This document shows, in pieces, positions 1-9,726 of a stretch of DNA of 64,000 bases (its first letter is position 1; the number at the start of each line of letters is the position of its first letter). The position numbers and the translations under genes were made by a program. The notes under the pieces are model-generated. The model was not told the DNA's origin. It did no database searches and saw nothing but the letters and a program-made list of their open reading frames with translations. Origin of the DNA: Spongiimicrobium salis (GTDB lineage: Bacteria; Bacteroidota; Bacteroidia; Flavobacteriales; Flavobacteriaceae); the NCBI RefSeq assembly GCF_043678055.1, contig NZ_JBHEQA010000001.1:1998198-2062197 (forward strand). Direction: 5' to 3'.

Positions 1-165
1 TGGGGCCAATGGTTGAAGATGGAGTAATGCCAATAGCACTTTTACTTCTATTGGCATCCAGGAGTATAACTTCGTCCAAGGATATTACACTATCCTTTTT
101 CACCTCTTGACCGAGGAGCATTGTAGTCCATAAAAAGGAACATAAAAATAGAGCAGTGGTCTTCA
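1..165 (-). CDS. TonB-dependent receptor, N-terminal part only; the gene continues beyond the window start
   Basis: Reverse-complement of 1-165 reads MKTTALFLCSFLWTTMLLGQEVKKDSVISLDEVILLDANRSKSAIGITPSSTIGP. This is a signal peptide followed by an LDEVIL-type plug/TonB-box-like segment. The ORF runs off the window edge. Confidence 0.4.
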
Positions 166-247
166 TCTATAGCATTTAAGGCGTCAAAAGTAAGTATTAT
201 AACCCGAAAAGCTATGGTCTCAAATAGATAAGGAGATGTTAATTTAT

Positions 248-790
248 CTAAAAACGATACCCTAGGGAAATACCAATACGAGGGACAATATCAGGTGAAA
301 CGCCATCCCGAAATACATTTCTACCCAATCCTAGAAAAACTTCTGTAATGAACCCCCTAGGGCTAACAAATTTTCCGCCAATAGCTATTCCTAGTGCAAT
401 ATCCGTATAAGAATCCGTGTTTCTGGCGGAATTCGTACTAGGATTTGAAAAATCAAAAGTTTCAAATTGACCAGAATTGAGCATGCCAAAGCCTTCTACA
501 AAAAAGCCTTGGGCATATTTTCCAGTGAAAAAATGTCTGTAGAAACCTGTCAGGGCAAAATCTATGGTATTCTCTACAAAATCATCGTCCCTATCCAGAT
601 GGAACAAAAAACCTCCCCCTATGGCCCCTTCCTCGTTTAAGAGATACTCGTAATCTGCAGATACGGAATAAAAAGCAAGAAGATTAAAAACATTAAGTTT
701 AATTTCATGTTGGGGAATAGAGTCCTTATGCTGTCCAAATCCGTAAAACAAAATTGAAAACAACAGTAAAACGGTTAATCTTTTTCTCAT
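248..790 (-). CDS. small outer-membrane beta-barrel protein (about 180 aa), paralog 1 of a tandem pair
   Basis: It has an N-terminal signal peptide, alternating hydrophobic beta-strand pattern and the C-terminal GISLGYRF ending in aromatic F that is typical of outer membrane barrels. It is collinear with 836..1381 along its whole length. Confidence 0.5.
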   Translation of the reverse strand: MRKRLTVLLLFSILFYGFGQHKDSIPQHEIKLNVFNLLAFYSVSADYEYLLNEEGAIGGGFLFHLDRDDDFVENTIDFALTGFYRHFFTGKYAQGFFVEGFGMLNSGQFETFDFSNPSTNSARNTDSYTDIALGIAIGGKFVSPRGFITEVFLGLGRNVFRDGVSPDIVPRIGISLGYRF

Positions 791-835
791 AAAAACTGAA
801 GTAAAGGGTATTGGATTTTGTAACAGGCTTCTTTG

Positions 836-1381
836 CTAAAAACGATATCCCAGGGAAATACCGCCCCGAGTTACGATTTCCGGAGCAAAATCAGAATCCA
901 ATAAATTACGACCAATTCCCGTATAAATCTCTGCGATAAACCCCCTTTTGGTCACAAATTTTCCACCTACGGATATCCCTAGGGCAAAATCTGTATAGGA
1001 AGTATCCTGTGGGGGATTTGCAACATCATCAAAAAAGAAGATATCAGAATCCCCGGAATTGAGCATGCCAAATCCTTCCACAAAAAAACCTTTAGCGTAT
1101 TTATTGGAAAAATATTGACGGTAATAGGGCGTAAAAGAAAATTGACGGAATTCATCAAAAAAATCTTCATCCTCTCCTACATTGAACAGCACACTGATCC
1201 CAAGAGAGGCCTCTTCGTTCAAGAGGTATTCGTATTGAAGATCCAGAAAGGAAAATGCAATAAGGTTGAAGGCATTGGTTTTGATTTCGTTTCGGGCTTG
1301 AACTACGGAGGCTTGATCCTGACCCTTTGCAGTGTGTAGGAATGCGATACTTAAAATAAAGAGAAGAGATAATTTTTTCAT
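836..1381 (-). CDS. small outer-membrane beta-barrel protein (about 181 aa), paralog 2 of the tandem pair
   Basis: Signal peptide MKKLSLLFILSIAFLHTAKGQ. It shares the motifs YEYLLNEE, KGFFVEGFGMLNSG, SYTDxALGI and GGKFV with the neighbour and the same C-terminal GISLGYRF. Confidence 0.5.
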   Translation of the reverse strand: MKKLSLLFILSIAFLHTAKGQDQASVVQARNEIKTNAFNLIAFSFLDLQYEYLLNEEASLGISVLFNVGEDEDFFDEFRQFSFTPYYRQYFSNKYAKGFFVEGFGMLNSGDSDIFFFDDVANPPQDTSYTDFALGISVGGKFVTKRGFIAEIYTGIGRNLLDSDFAPEIVTRGGISLGYRF

Positions 1382-1747
1382 AATAACTTTTTTTGTTTAG
1401 CGTACTATTTTTTTGAAAGGATATTCGATTGAGACATCACCTTGAATGAAAAACGTAAGAAAGGGTTCAATATGAATTCAATAGATGGGATGTTGATTTT
1501 GGGGGTGTTGTTTGGAGCGGACAAAGTTGTAATACCTAAGATAAAGGGAATACGGGGAAATAGGATGGCATACACCATCTGGAGTATTGTTTTTCTTGTA
1601 ATCATAGCTTGGTTTAGTGACAAGATACAATTTTCGAAATAAGGTTGCGTATTTATTAAGACTGAATTTAAATAAGATAAGAGTAAAGATTGTTTATGTT
1701 GGGAAATAATTGGGAATTCGCCATTTTCCGATACAGGAAACATTCCC

Positions 1748-1755
1748 TATTTTTG
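1748..1755 (+). promoter_or_regulatory. candidate Bacteroidetes sigma-A -7 box (TATTTTTG matches TAnnTTTG) upstream of xth
   Basis: The motif was seen by eye 17 nt upstream of the GTG start at 1772. A single motif match is weak evidence. Confidence 0.2.
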
Positions 1756-1771
1756 GGAAAAATTTTATCAA

Positions 1772-2536
1772 GTGAAGATCGTATCCTATAATGTCAACGG
1801 AATTAGGGCAGCTCTGAAAAAAGGGTTTTTAGATTGGTTACAGACCGCGGATCCGGATGTAATTTGCCTTCAGGAAATAAAAGCCAATAAGGAACAATTG
1901 GAGTTGGAATTGTTTGAAGAAGCAGGATACAAATATCACTACTGGTTCAGTGCCCAGAAAAAAGGATATAGTGGGGTAGCGATACTGTGCAAGGAAGAAC
2001 CTGATCATGTAGCTTATGGGACGGGAATCGACTATATGGACTTTGAAGGAAGAAATCTTAGGGTAGATTTTAATGGCGTTTCCATTATGAGTATGTACCT
2101 GCCATCGGCATCCAATATGGATCGCTTGACGTTCAAATTAAAATATATGGACGATTTACAGGACTATGTCAATGAATTAACGAAAACACATCCAAATTTG
2201 ATCATCTTGGGCGATTATAATATCTGTCACCAAGCGATTGATATTCACGATCCGGTCAGAAATAAGAATGTTTCTGGCTTTTTGCCCGAAGAACGGGAAT
2301 GGATCGGAAATTTTATTGAAAGTGGTTTTATCGATAGTTTTAGACATTTCAATAAAGAGCCCCATCAATACTCATGGTGGAGCTATAGGGCCAATGCCAG
2401 AGCCAATAATAAAGGTTGGCGCTTAGATTATGGGATGGTCAGTAAGCCTCTGGAAGAACGACTTAAAAGAGCAGTTATTCTTTCGGAAGCAAAGCATAGC
2501 GACCATTGCCCCATTCTTGTGGAATTGGACAAATAA
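1772..2536 (+). CDS. xth: exodeoxyribonuclease III (AP endonuclease, ExoIII/APE1 family)
   Basis: The N-terminus SYNVNGIRA...DVICLQEIK and the C-terminal SDHCPILVELD are hallmarks of the ExoIII family. It is 254 aa long and uses a GTG start. Confidence 0.9.
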   Translation: MKIVSYNVNGIRAALKKGFLDWLQTADPDVICLQEIKANKEQLELELFEEAGYKYHYWFSAQKKGYSGVAILCKEEPDHVAYGTGIDYMDFEGRNLRVDFNGVSIMSMYLPSASNMDRLTFKLKYMDDLQDYVNELTKTHPNLIILGDYNICHQAIDIHDPVRNKNVSGFLPEEREWIGNFIESGFIDSFRHFNKEPHQYSWWSYRANARANNKGWRLDYGMVSKPLEERLKRAVILSEAKHSDHCPILVELDK

Positions 2537-2603
2537 TCAGAAATAAAACAACGACATTATATTATCCAGATTGCCCGTCATGGGCAATCCTTAAAATTGC
2601 ATC

Positions 2604-3644
2604 ATGAAATATACCACATTGCCCCGTACTAGTATTGAAGTCAGTAAAATTTGCCTTGGAACAATGACATGGGGTCGGCAAAATACCCAAGAAGAAGGTT
2701 TTGAACAAATGGATTACGCTTTGGAACAGGGCGTTAATTTTTTTGATACTGCAGAATTGTACCCTGTCCCCGCAGGAAAAGAATATCATGCACTCACGGA
2801 ACAGATCATTGGGAATTGGTTTAAAGAACGAGGGAATAGGGATAAAGTGGTATTAGCTTCCAAAATTGCCGGAAAAGCTGATTTTACAAAATATATACGA
2901 AGCACAGGCTTTAGTAAAACCTCTATTATTGAAGCGGTTGAAGGAAGTCTCCAGCGTTTACAAACAGATTATATGGATCTGTATCAATTGCATTGGCCCG
3001 AAAGAAAGACCAATTTCTTTGGTCAGCGCGACTACCATCATGATGCCAATGATGCTTGGGAAGACAATATCCAAGAAGTGTTGCATACCTTAAAAGATAT
3101 GGTAAAGCAGGGTAAAATACGGGAAGTTGGACTCTCCAATGAAACGCCATGGGGGACTATGCGCTATGTAGCAGAGAGCAATAAGGATACCACGCTTCCC
3201 AAAATGATTACCATACAAAACCCCTACAGCCTATTGAATCGCACTTTTGAAATAGGAAATGCAGAAGTGGCCCATCGTGAGAACATAGGGTTGTTGCCCT
3301 ATTCTCCATTAGGTTTTGGTGTGCTCAGCGGCAAGTACTTGGGAGGCAAGCAACCTGCAAATGCAAGAGTGACACTTTTTCCAAATTATAATCGATATAG
3401 TGGACAGACTGCAGTAGCCGCTACAGAAAAATATTTTGAGTTGGCCCAGGAAAACGACCTTTCCTTAGCACAAATGTCTTTGGCTTTTGTAAATACAAGA
3501 CCCTTTGTGACCAGTAATATTATTGGAGCAACTTCTATGGAACAGCTAAAAGAGAATATTGGGAGCATAGATGTGGATCTTTCCGATGAGGTGATGAAAG
3601 GTATTGAAGGCATTCACAGTGCTATTCCAAATCCTGCGCCTTAG
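2604..3644 (+). CDS. NADP(H)-dependent aldo/keto reductase (Tas-like)
   Basis: CLGTMTWG, GVNFFDTAELYP, LYQLHWPE and the 346-aa length match the Tas/YdhF-like aldo-keto reductase subfamily. Confidence 0.8.
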   Translation: MKYTTLPRTSIEVSKICLGTMTWGRQNTQEEGFEQMDYALEQGVNFFDTAELYPVPAGKEYHALTEQIIGNWFKERGNRDKVVLASKIAGKADFTKYIRSTGFSKTSIIEAVEGSLQRLQTDYMDLYQLHWPERKTNFFGQRDYHHDANDAWEDNIQEVLHTLKDMVKQGKIREVGLSNETPWGTMRYVAESNKDTTLPKMITIQNPYSLLNRTFEIGNAEVAHRENIGLLPYSPLGFGVLSGKYLGGKQPANARVTLFPNYNRYSGQTAVAATEKYFELAQENDLSLAQMSLAFVNTRPFVTSNIIGATSMEQLKENIGSIDVDLSDEVMKGIEGIHSAIPNPAP

Positions 3645-3645
3645 G

Positions 3646-4698
3646 CTAAAAAGTTTGGGCGTCTACATCCTGAATGAATTGAATGACCCCATTGAAATAG
3701 GTTTTTTGGTCATCGTATTGCGATAAGTGACTCCCGTTGGGACAAAACAGATAGCGTCCGTTTTGGACTTCCTTGGACATCCATTCCATATGCTTTGGGT
3801 CCATAGTATCGTATTTGGCTCCAATAACCAAAGTGGGGACCTTAATTTCCTTTAAACGGTCTTTGATGTCCCATTCCTTCAACGTGGCATTTCCTGTTAT
3901 CCCAAATTCGCTATGCCCTTGCATATGCACATACACTTGGCTATTGACATGCTTAAACGTTCTTAGGATAGATTCTGGCCATTTTTCCGGAGCCATTCGC
4001 AGTACATGCTCCGTGTAATAATGCGCAAAGAGCAGTTCCTCATATCTGGGGTTACTAAAATCTTCCTTGGTTTCTATGGCCTGAAGTTCCTCAAGTACTT
4101 TAGGGTCTAATTGTGGGCCTAACACCTCTTTGGCATAGGCATTATACTCCGGAATACTGCTCACCATATTGGAAATGATCAATCCCTTGAGGTTTTTTTG
4201 ATATTTCAAGGCGTATTCCATAGCCAAGATTCCACCCCAGGATTGTCCTAAAAGGTAAAAATTACTGTTATCCATGCCCAAAGCTTTTCTGACCTGTTCT
4301 ACCTCTTCCACAAAACGCTCGGTAGTCCATAAGCTCAGATCATCGGGCTGATCACTATAATAAGACCCCAATTGATCGTAATAAATATATTCTATATCCT
4401 CTTGAGGAAAATAACCATCTGCTGCCTCATAGATTTCATGTGTCATTCCCGGTCCCCCATGTAATAATAGAACTTTCTTGGTGGGATTGTTTCCAATACG
4501 CTTGGTCCATACGTTAAAAGTGCCTTTTTCTGTAGTAATGGGGATCATTTTAATCCCACCAGTGAATTGATCATCCCTACCTTCAAAACTTAAGTAATCG
4601 GAGGTTTTGGTATTGGAGGAATCTATAGGTGATTTCTCTTGCTCTTTACAGCTGAGCAATAAAAAAAAAGAAAGAAAACTGAGAACAATGCACTTCAT
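3646..4698 (-). CDS. alpha/beta hydrolase lipoprotein, proline iminopeptidase (S33)-like
   Basis: Lipoprotein signal LLLSCKEQ. LHGGPGMTHE and the nucleophile elbow GQSWGG fit the prolyl aminopeptidase family. Confidence 0.55.
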   Translation of the reverse strand: MKCIVLSFLSFFLLLSCKEQEKSPIDSSNTKTSDYLSFEGRDDQFTGGIKMIPITTEKGTFNVWTKRIGNNPTKKVLLLHGGPGMTHEIYEAADGYFPQEDIEYIYYDQLGSYYSDQPDDLSLWTTERFVEEVEQVRKALGMDNSNFYLLGQSWGGILAMEYALKYQKNLKGLIISNMVSSIPEYNAYAKEVLGPQLDPKVLEELQAIETKEDFSNPRYEELLFAHYYTEHVLRMAPEKWPESILRTFKHVNSQVYVHMQGHSEFGITGNATLKEWDIKDRLKEIKVPTLVIGAKYDTMDPKHMEWMSKEVQNGRYLFCPNGSHLSQYDDQKTYFNGVIQFIQDVDAQTF

Positions 4699-4747
4699 GA
4701 CATGGAATTTTAGCTAGGAATTAAAGGTAAGGATAATTTTGGGACCC

Positions 4748-6109
4748 CTATCCAAAAAGAGCACTGGCAACATCTTCGATTTTAGCAACGAGATGAATAT
4801 TAATTTTGGTGTCTTTTAGCGTGATTTTGTTGTTTTTGGAGACATAAATATCCGTAAAACCCAGTTTTTCGGCTTCCGAAATACGTTGATCTACCCGCTG
4901 TACAGGCCGTATTTCTCCTGCTAGGCCCACTTCTGCAGAAAAACAACTTCCTTTTTCTACCGGAATATCCTCATTGCTCGATAAAATGGCTGCAATTACA
5001 GCAAGATCTATAGCGGGATCATCTACAGAAATACCTCCGGTAATGTTTAGGAATACATCTTTGGCTCCCAATTTAAATCCCGCACGTTTCTCCAATACGG
5101 CCAAAAGCATATTGAGGCGTTTAACGTTATACCCTGTAGCCGAACGTTGAGGTGTTCCGTATACTGCAGAGCTAACCAAAGCTTGGATCTCTATCATTAA
5201 AGGCCTCATGCCTTCTACTGTAGAAGCAATAGCAGTTCCACTTAAATTTTCATTGTTTTTGGAAATTAGAATTTCAGAGGGATTGTTCACTTCCCGTAAC
5301 CCATTTCCCAACATTTCATAGATGCCCAATTCAGCGGTAGATCCAAATCTGTTTTTTAAAGCCCGTAAAATACGATACACATAATTACGGTCCCCTTCAA
5401 ATTGAAGCACGGTGTCTACCATATGTTCTAAGATTTTGGGCCCTGCAATAGTGCCGTCTTTGGTAATGTGACCAATAAGAATAACTGGAGTATTGGTTTC
5501 TTTGGCAAACTTTATGAGCTCCGCGGTGCACTCTCTTATTTGAGAAATACTTCCTGCGGCCGATTCAATATAATCCGAATGCAAGGTTTGTATGGAATCT
5601 ATGACAACAATATCCGGCACAACACTTTCAATTTGTTGAAATATATTTTGAGTTTTGGTCTCGGTCAAGATAAAACAAGTTTCGCTATTGGGATGGATCC
5701 GATCAGCTCTCATTTTAATTTGTTTCTCGCTTTCCTCACCGGAAACATAGAGTGTTTTATAAGGGAGTTTCAATGCAATCTGAAGCAATAAGGTACTTTT
5801 GCCTATTCCGGGCTCGCCCCCCAAAAGTGTTAGGGAACCGGGAACCAAACCATTCCCTAGAACCCTGTTGAACTCTTGGTCAAAAGTGTTTAAACGAGCT
5901 TCTTTTTCCGTACTAATTTCATTGACGCGTAAGGGCTTTGCTATTTTTTTTGAAGTATTGGAGGGGCTTTGCCAAGGTGTCTTTTCTTCTTTCTGAATGA
6001 CTTCCTCTACAATGGTGTTCCATTCTTTGCAGGCAGAACATTGTCCGGCCCACTTTGCATATTGGGTACCGCAATTTTGGCAAAAGAATGCAGTTTTGGT
6101 CTTGGCCAT
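4748..6109 (-). CDS. radA: DNA repair protein RadA/Sms
   Basis: N-terminal zinc ribbon CQNCGTQYAKWAGQCSACKEW, Walker A GGEPGIGKST, the KNRFG motif and a C-terminal Lon-like domain. Confidence 0.9.
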   Translation of the reverse strand: MAKTKTAFFCQNCGTQYAKWAGQCSACKEWNTIVEEVIQKEEKTPWQSPSNTSKKIAKPLRVNEISTEKEARLNTFDQEFNRVLGNGLVPGSLTLLGGEPGIGKSTLLLQIALKLPYKTLYVSGEESEKQIKMRADRIHPNSETCFILTETKTQNIFQQIESVVPDIVVIDSIQTLHSDYIESAAGSISQIRECTAELIKFAKETNTPVILIGHITKDGTIAGPKILEHMVDTVLQFEGDRNYVYRILRALKNRFGSTAELGIYEMLGNGLREVNNPSEILISKNNENLSGTAIASTVEGMRPLMIEIQALVSSAVYGTPQRSATGYNVKRLNMLLAVLEKRAGFKLGAKDVFLNITGGISVDDPAIDLAVIAAILSSNEDIPVEKGSCFSAEVGLAGEIRPVQRVDQRISEAEKLGFTDIYVSKNNKITLKDTKINIHLVAKIEDVASALFG

Positions 6110-6289
6110 ATATCTATTCCATGATTTTGGCTAAAGATATTGTGGTTCAAAGTAAAAACCAAGAGGTGGGAACCCGCAATTTAAAAAAGGAAACGTAAAA
6201 AGAGTAGCCTGGATTCAGAATAGAAGATTTCGAATAAGGGAAAACCAGGTCTTGGGAATCACAAAGCTCCCATTTCCGGTGATTTTGAT

Positions 6290-7432
6290 TTAATATCCAA
6301 AGTCCGCTTTTAAGGCATCTATTTTTTCCAAGGCCATTTCTTTGGTCAGAAAATCAATTTCTTCCATACCAAAGGCTTTTTCAAAAGTGCGCAAGGCCTT
6401 TTTGGGCTCTCCTTTTTGTTCGTAATATTCCCCTTCAAAGAAAAAACCGAGCATCGTATCTGGAAATTCCTTTTTGCAAAGCTCCGATAGGGGTTTTAGC
6501 GACTCAAACTCTTCCTTCTTTCTGGAGGCCGCGTAAATGGCCATGATATCATTGAGTTCTACTTGTTTTTCAAAACCAAAGAGCTCGTTAATAGTGGTGT
6601 ACTTATTTTTTAGATAATCGAATACCGGTTCTTTTGAAACCAATATTTTCTCCTTGTATTCTTTTGGGCTAATAGGTCTGAAAATATTGAAAATATTATC
6701 CCAAGCCTTACTAATACCGTATGTGGCAATGGTAATATCATTGGTGTCTTCATATTGATCAAAAACGTAATACAGCGATTCTTTATCAAGAGCTTTTATG
6801 GCTTTATCCAGGGCCATCATCCTTGGGGTTTCCTTATTTTTTTCGCCCTCAACAATGAGGTGGTAAAAGATTTTCTTATCCATATCGGCCAATCGCTGCG
6901 GCAGTCTACTCTCCATTTCAGGGGCCAATAAAGGAGAAATTGAAATAAAGGCATCAAAAAGCGATTGTTCTTTGAAAAGGTAAAAATTTCCAAAATTCGC
7001 CGTGATATCGTAACCTACAAACATTTTAAAAGCTGCGGTATTGTATTTGTCCTCGAGATAAGGAATGATTTCCTGTCCTATAAATTCAAAAAATTGTTTT
7101 CCTTTTTCTGTAGGGAGTCCGGTGTCCTCTTCAAATTCGCAATCATACCAGCGCAATTCATCTTCATTTTGATCGATGCCTACAATGATTGCCTGTGGCA
7201 TTCCTTGAAATTCACTATAAAATTTAGCGTTGGCCACCACGTTGTCAAATAAGTATTCGGCATCGAGTACCACTACCAGGGGGTATTTTTTTTCAGGCGT
7301 ATAATCCTCTGGAATATAGTATCTAACGTCTCTTTTTTCCTGTAATTTATAAGATTCAAAGATTTCTTGGGATACTTGGGCATTAATGGCGACGCCCATT
7401 AAAATTGCAACTAAGGAAATTAAAAATTTCAT
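6290..7432 (-). CDS. secreted esterase-family alpha/beta hydrolase (PF00756-like) with a C-terminal TPR-like tail
   Basis: It has a signal peptide. YPLVVVLDAEYLFD...GMPQAIIVGI resembles the putative esterase / enterochelin-esterase-like fold. No exact family was assigned. Confidence 0.5.
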   Translation of the reverse strand: MKFLISLVAILMGVAINAQVSQEIFESYKLQEKRDVRYYIPEDYTPEKKYPLVVVLDAEYLFDNVVANAKFYSEFQGMPQAIIVGIDQNEDELRWYDCEFEEDTGLPTEKGKQFFEFIGQEIIPYLEDKYNTAAFKMFVGYDITANFGNFYLFKEQSLFDAFISISPLLAPEMESRLPQRLADMDKKIFYHLIVEGEKNKETPRMMALDKAIKALDKESLYYVFDQYEDTNDITIATYGISKAWDNIFNIFRPISPKEYKEKILVSKEPVFDYLKNKYTTINELFGFEKQVELNDIMAIYAASRKKEEFESLKPLSELCKKEFPDTMLGFFFEGEYYEQKGEPKKALRTFEKAFGMEEIDFLTKEMALEKIDALKADFGY

Positions 7433-7459
7433 GACTGCTTTGTTTTGGCTGGTTTAAAG

Positions 7460-8428
7460 TTATCTGTTCCTTCTGTTCAATAACGGTAATAGGAGAAAAG
7501 ATATTGCGCCAAAAACAACAAGCATTAAAGTTTGTGCGATCCACATGATCCAGCCATAGGCTTCCCCGCCCACTTGACTTATTCCAAACAGTACTAAAAT
7601 CTTACTTACCGCCACTGGAAAAAGTCCAAGCCCTCCCGGTGTGGCCGTCATTGCAAATGCCCCTGCGATAAAGGCAACCAAAATTTGACTAAAACTCAAA
7701 CCAATAGTTTCGGGCACTGTAAATTTAATGACCCAGAACATCGCAATATAGGCCGTCCAAATAAAGAGCGTATGGAAAATGAAGGCCCATTTTCGTTGCA
7801 TTTTTGAAATGCTGAGCACCCCATCTAAAATACCCTTTAAAAAAGTTTTGACCTTCAAGGCAAAGGGAGCGGAAGACTTTCTGATGATCCATATAGCCAA
7901 AAAGAGACCAAGAATACCAAATAAAAGTATTCCGGCAGAACCGATCAAGCCTATTCCATTTTCATTCAATACATCAAGAATGATATTGGTTTGAAGCAGG
8001 AGGGCAATAAGAATTAAAGCAAAAAGCATGACCAAATCAATAATGCGTTCCGTTACTATGGTGCCCAAGCCTTTTTCAAAGGGAACATTTTCATAGGTGG
8101 TCAGTGCAGTAGGGCGTAACACTTCTCCGGAGCGTATAATAATGGCATTGGCAAAATAAGACATGAAAATGATGAGGACATTATTCCGTATTTTGGGATG
8201 ATACCCTATAGGTTCCAATAAGTAATTCCATCGTATGGCCCTGGAAACATGGCTCAGTATTCCAATGCATATGGATAGTGCAACCCAAAAAAGATTGGCA
8301 TCTTTGATCGATGTCACAATTTGATTTCGTTGTTCTGGCGTAGTCAGTGAATAGGAGTACCATACAAAGAAGAGTCCAAAACTTATGGGCAATAGTATTT
8401 TTAGGATTTTCTTAAGGGAATTCTTCAA
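7460..8428 (-). CDS. polytopic membrane protein, lysylphosphatidylglycerol-synthase TM-domain-like (flippase-like)
   Basis: It has about 8 predicted TM helices. It resembles the UPF0104/LPG_synthase_TM family by pattern. No catalytic domain is present. Confidence 0.45.
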   Translation of the reverse strand: MKNSLKKILKILLPISFGLFFVWYSYSLTTPEQRNQIVTSIKDANLFWVALSICIGILSHVSRAIRWNYLLEPIGYHPKIRNNVLIIFMSYFANAIIIRSGEVLRPTALTTYENVPFEKGLGTIVTERIIDLVMLFALILIALLLQTNIILDVLNENGIGLIGSAGILLFGILGLFLAIWIIRKSSAPFALKVKTFLKGILDGVLSISKMQRKWAFIFHTLFIWTAYIAMFWVIKFTVPETIGLSFSQILVAFIAGAFAMTATPGGLGLFPVAVSKILVLFGISQVGGEAYGWIMWIAQTLMLVVFGAISFLLLPLLNRRNR

Positions 8429-8431
8429 AAT

Positions 8432-8782
8432 CTATTGGAGCAAATTGTTTTCTTCATTGGGAAATACCAACGAAGGATTGAAGGTCTTGGCTTCTTCAAG
8501 ATCCATTCTGGCGTACGTAATCAGAATAAGAATATCACCTACGGCTACCTTACGGGATGCTGCTCCATTTAGGGTAATCTCTCCACTTCCTCTTGGACCC
8601 GGAATGGCGTAAGTTTCCAAACGTTCTCCATTATCGTTGTTCACAATTTGAACTTTCTCTCCGCGTACTATGTTAGCGGCATCCATTAAATCTTCATCTA
8701 TAGTAATACTCCCGATATAATGAAGGTCTGCTCCCGTTACTTTAACACGGTGTATTTTAGATTTTACTACTTCTATCTGCAT
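8432..8782 (-). CDS. panD: aspartate 1-decarboxylase (pyruvoyl-dependent)
   Basis: [32 protein letters not shown] carries the conserved G-S self-cleavage site. The protein is 116 aa. Confidence 0.9.
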   Translation of the reverse strand: MQIEVVKSKIHRVKVTGADLHYIGSITIDEDLMDAANIVRGEKVQIVNNDNGERLETYAIPGPRGSGEITLNGAASRKVAVGDILILITYARMDLEEAKTFNPSLVFPNEENNLLQ

Positions 8783-8795
8783 GGTGCAAAGTTAA

Positions 8796-9644
8796 TTAAT
8801 TCAGCGCGATATTGTCAATAAGTCGCACGCTATCTGCATAAACGGCAATAAAGGCTCTATATTTTGTATGTTCTTTCTTTTTTTCGGCAGGTTTTAGAGT
8901 GTCAATATCCGCAATTTGAATATATTCCAAATCCAAATCAGGATGTGCGTTGAATTGGTTTTTGACCCAATCCAAAGTGTCTTGTATCGATGCCGAACTG
9001 AATTTTTCCTGCGCTACTTTTAGTGTTTTATATATAAAAGAAGCTTCTTGACGCAGTGCAGGGGAAAGACGTTCGTTTCTGCTACTCATGGCAAGACCAC
9101 TCTCCTCTCTAACAATGGGGCACCCCACGATCTCTACAGGAATATGCTCTAGGCTTACCATTTTTTTAATGATCATTAATTGTTGAAAGTCCTTTTCGCC
9201 AAAATATGCTTTTCCGGGTTTTGTTATGGCAAACAACTCCTGTACAATTGTGCCTACACCATCAAAATGCCCTTCTCGGAATTCACCTTCCATAACATCC
9301 TCCAAGCCTCCAAAATCATAAGATTTTGACTGTATATTGTTCGCATAAATTTCATTCACAGAAGGAGTGAAAACAACAATACGATCAGAAATGGTGGACA
9401 AAAGGGAAAGATCTCTTTCCAAAGGCTTGGGATATTTTTTTAAATCTTCCGCATTATTGAATTGCGTAGGGTTGATGAAAATACTCACTATGGCAATATC
9501 ATTTTCTGCGATTGCTTGTTTTACCAGGGATAAATGCCCCTTATGAAGCGCCCCCATTGTGGGGACCAGACCAATGTTGTTGGCACGAAAATTGTTGGAG
9601 GTAATATAGGAATTCAGTTCGTTTTTGGTCTTGAATACATGCAT
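8796..9644 (-). CDS. panC: pantoate--beta-alanine ligase
   Basis: LVPTMGALHKGHLSLV is the HIGH-type nucleotidyltransferase motif. The 282-aa gene is adjacent to panD. Confidence 0.9.
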   Translation of the reverse strand: MHVFKTKNELNSYITSNNFRANNIGLVPTMGALHKGHLSLVKQAIAENDIAIVSIFINPTQFNNAEDLKKYPKPLERDLSLLSTISDRIVVFTPSVNEIYANNIQSKSYDFGGLEDVMEGEFREGHFDGVGTIVQELFAITKPGKAYFGEKDFQQLMIIKKMVSLEHIPVEIVGCPIVREESGLAMSSRNERLSPALRQEASFIYKTLKVAQEKFSSASIQDTLDWVKNQFNAHPDLDLEYIQIADIDTLKPAEKKKEHTKYRAFIAVYADSVRLIDNIALN

Positions 9645-9726
9645 GATTTACAATTAAAAGCTAGCAAACTTACTATAATTAAGGCTAATCTGTATAATTT
9701 TTGTAATTTTGCACGATAAATAAAAT

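Noticed and set aside
1405-1743. A 112-aa minus ORF and a 66-aa plus ORF in the 390-bp gap between the small outer membrane gene and xth.
   Set aside because: They have no signal or family features and they overlap each other. The region looks like an AT-rich promoter/leader. The 66-aa plus ORF is hydrophobic and could be a small membrane peptide, but the evidence is insufficient.
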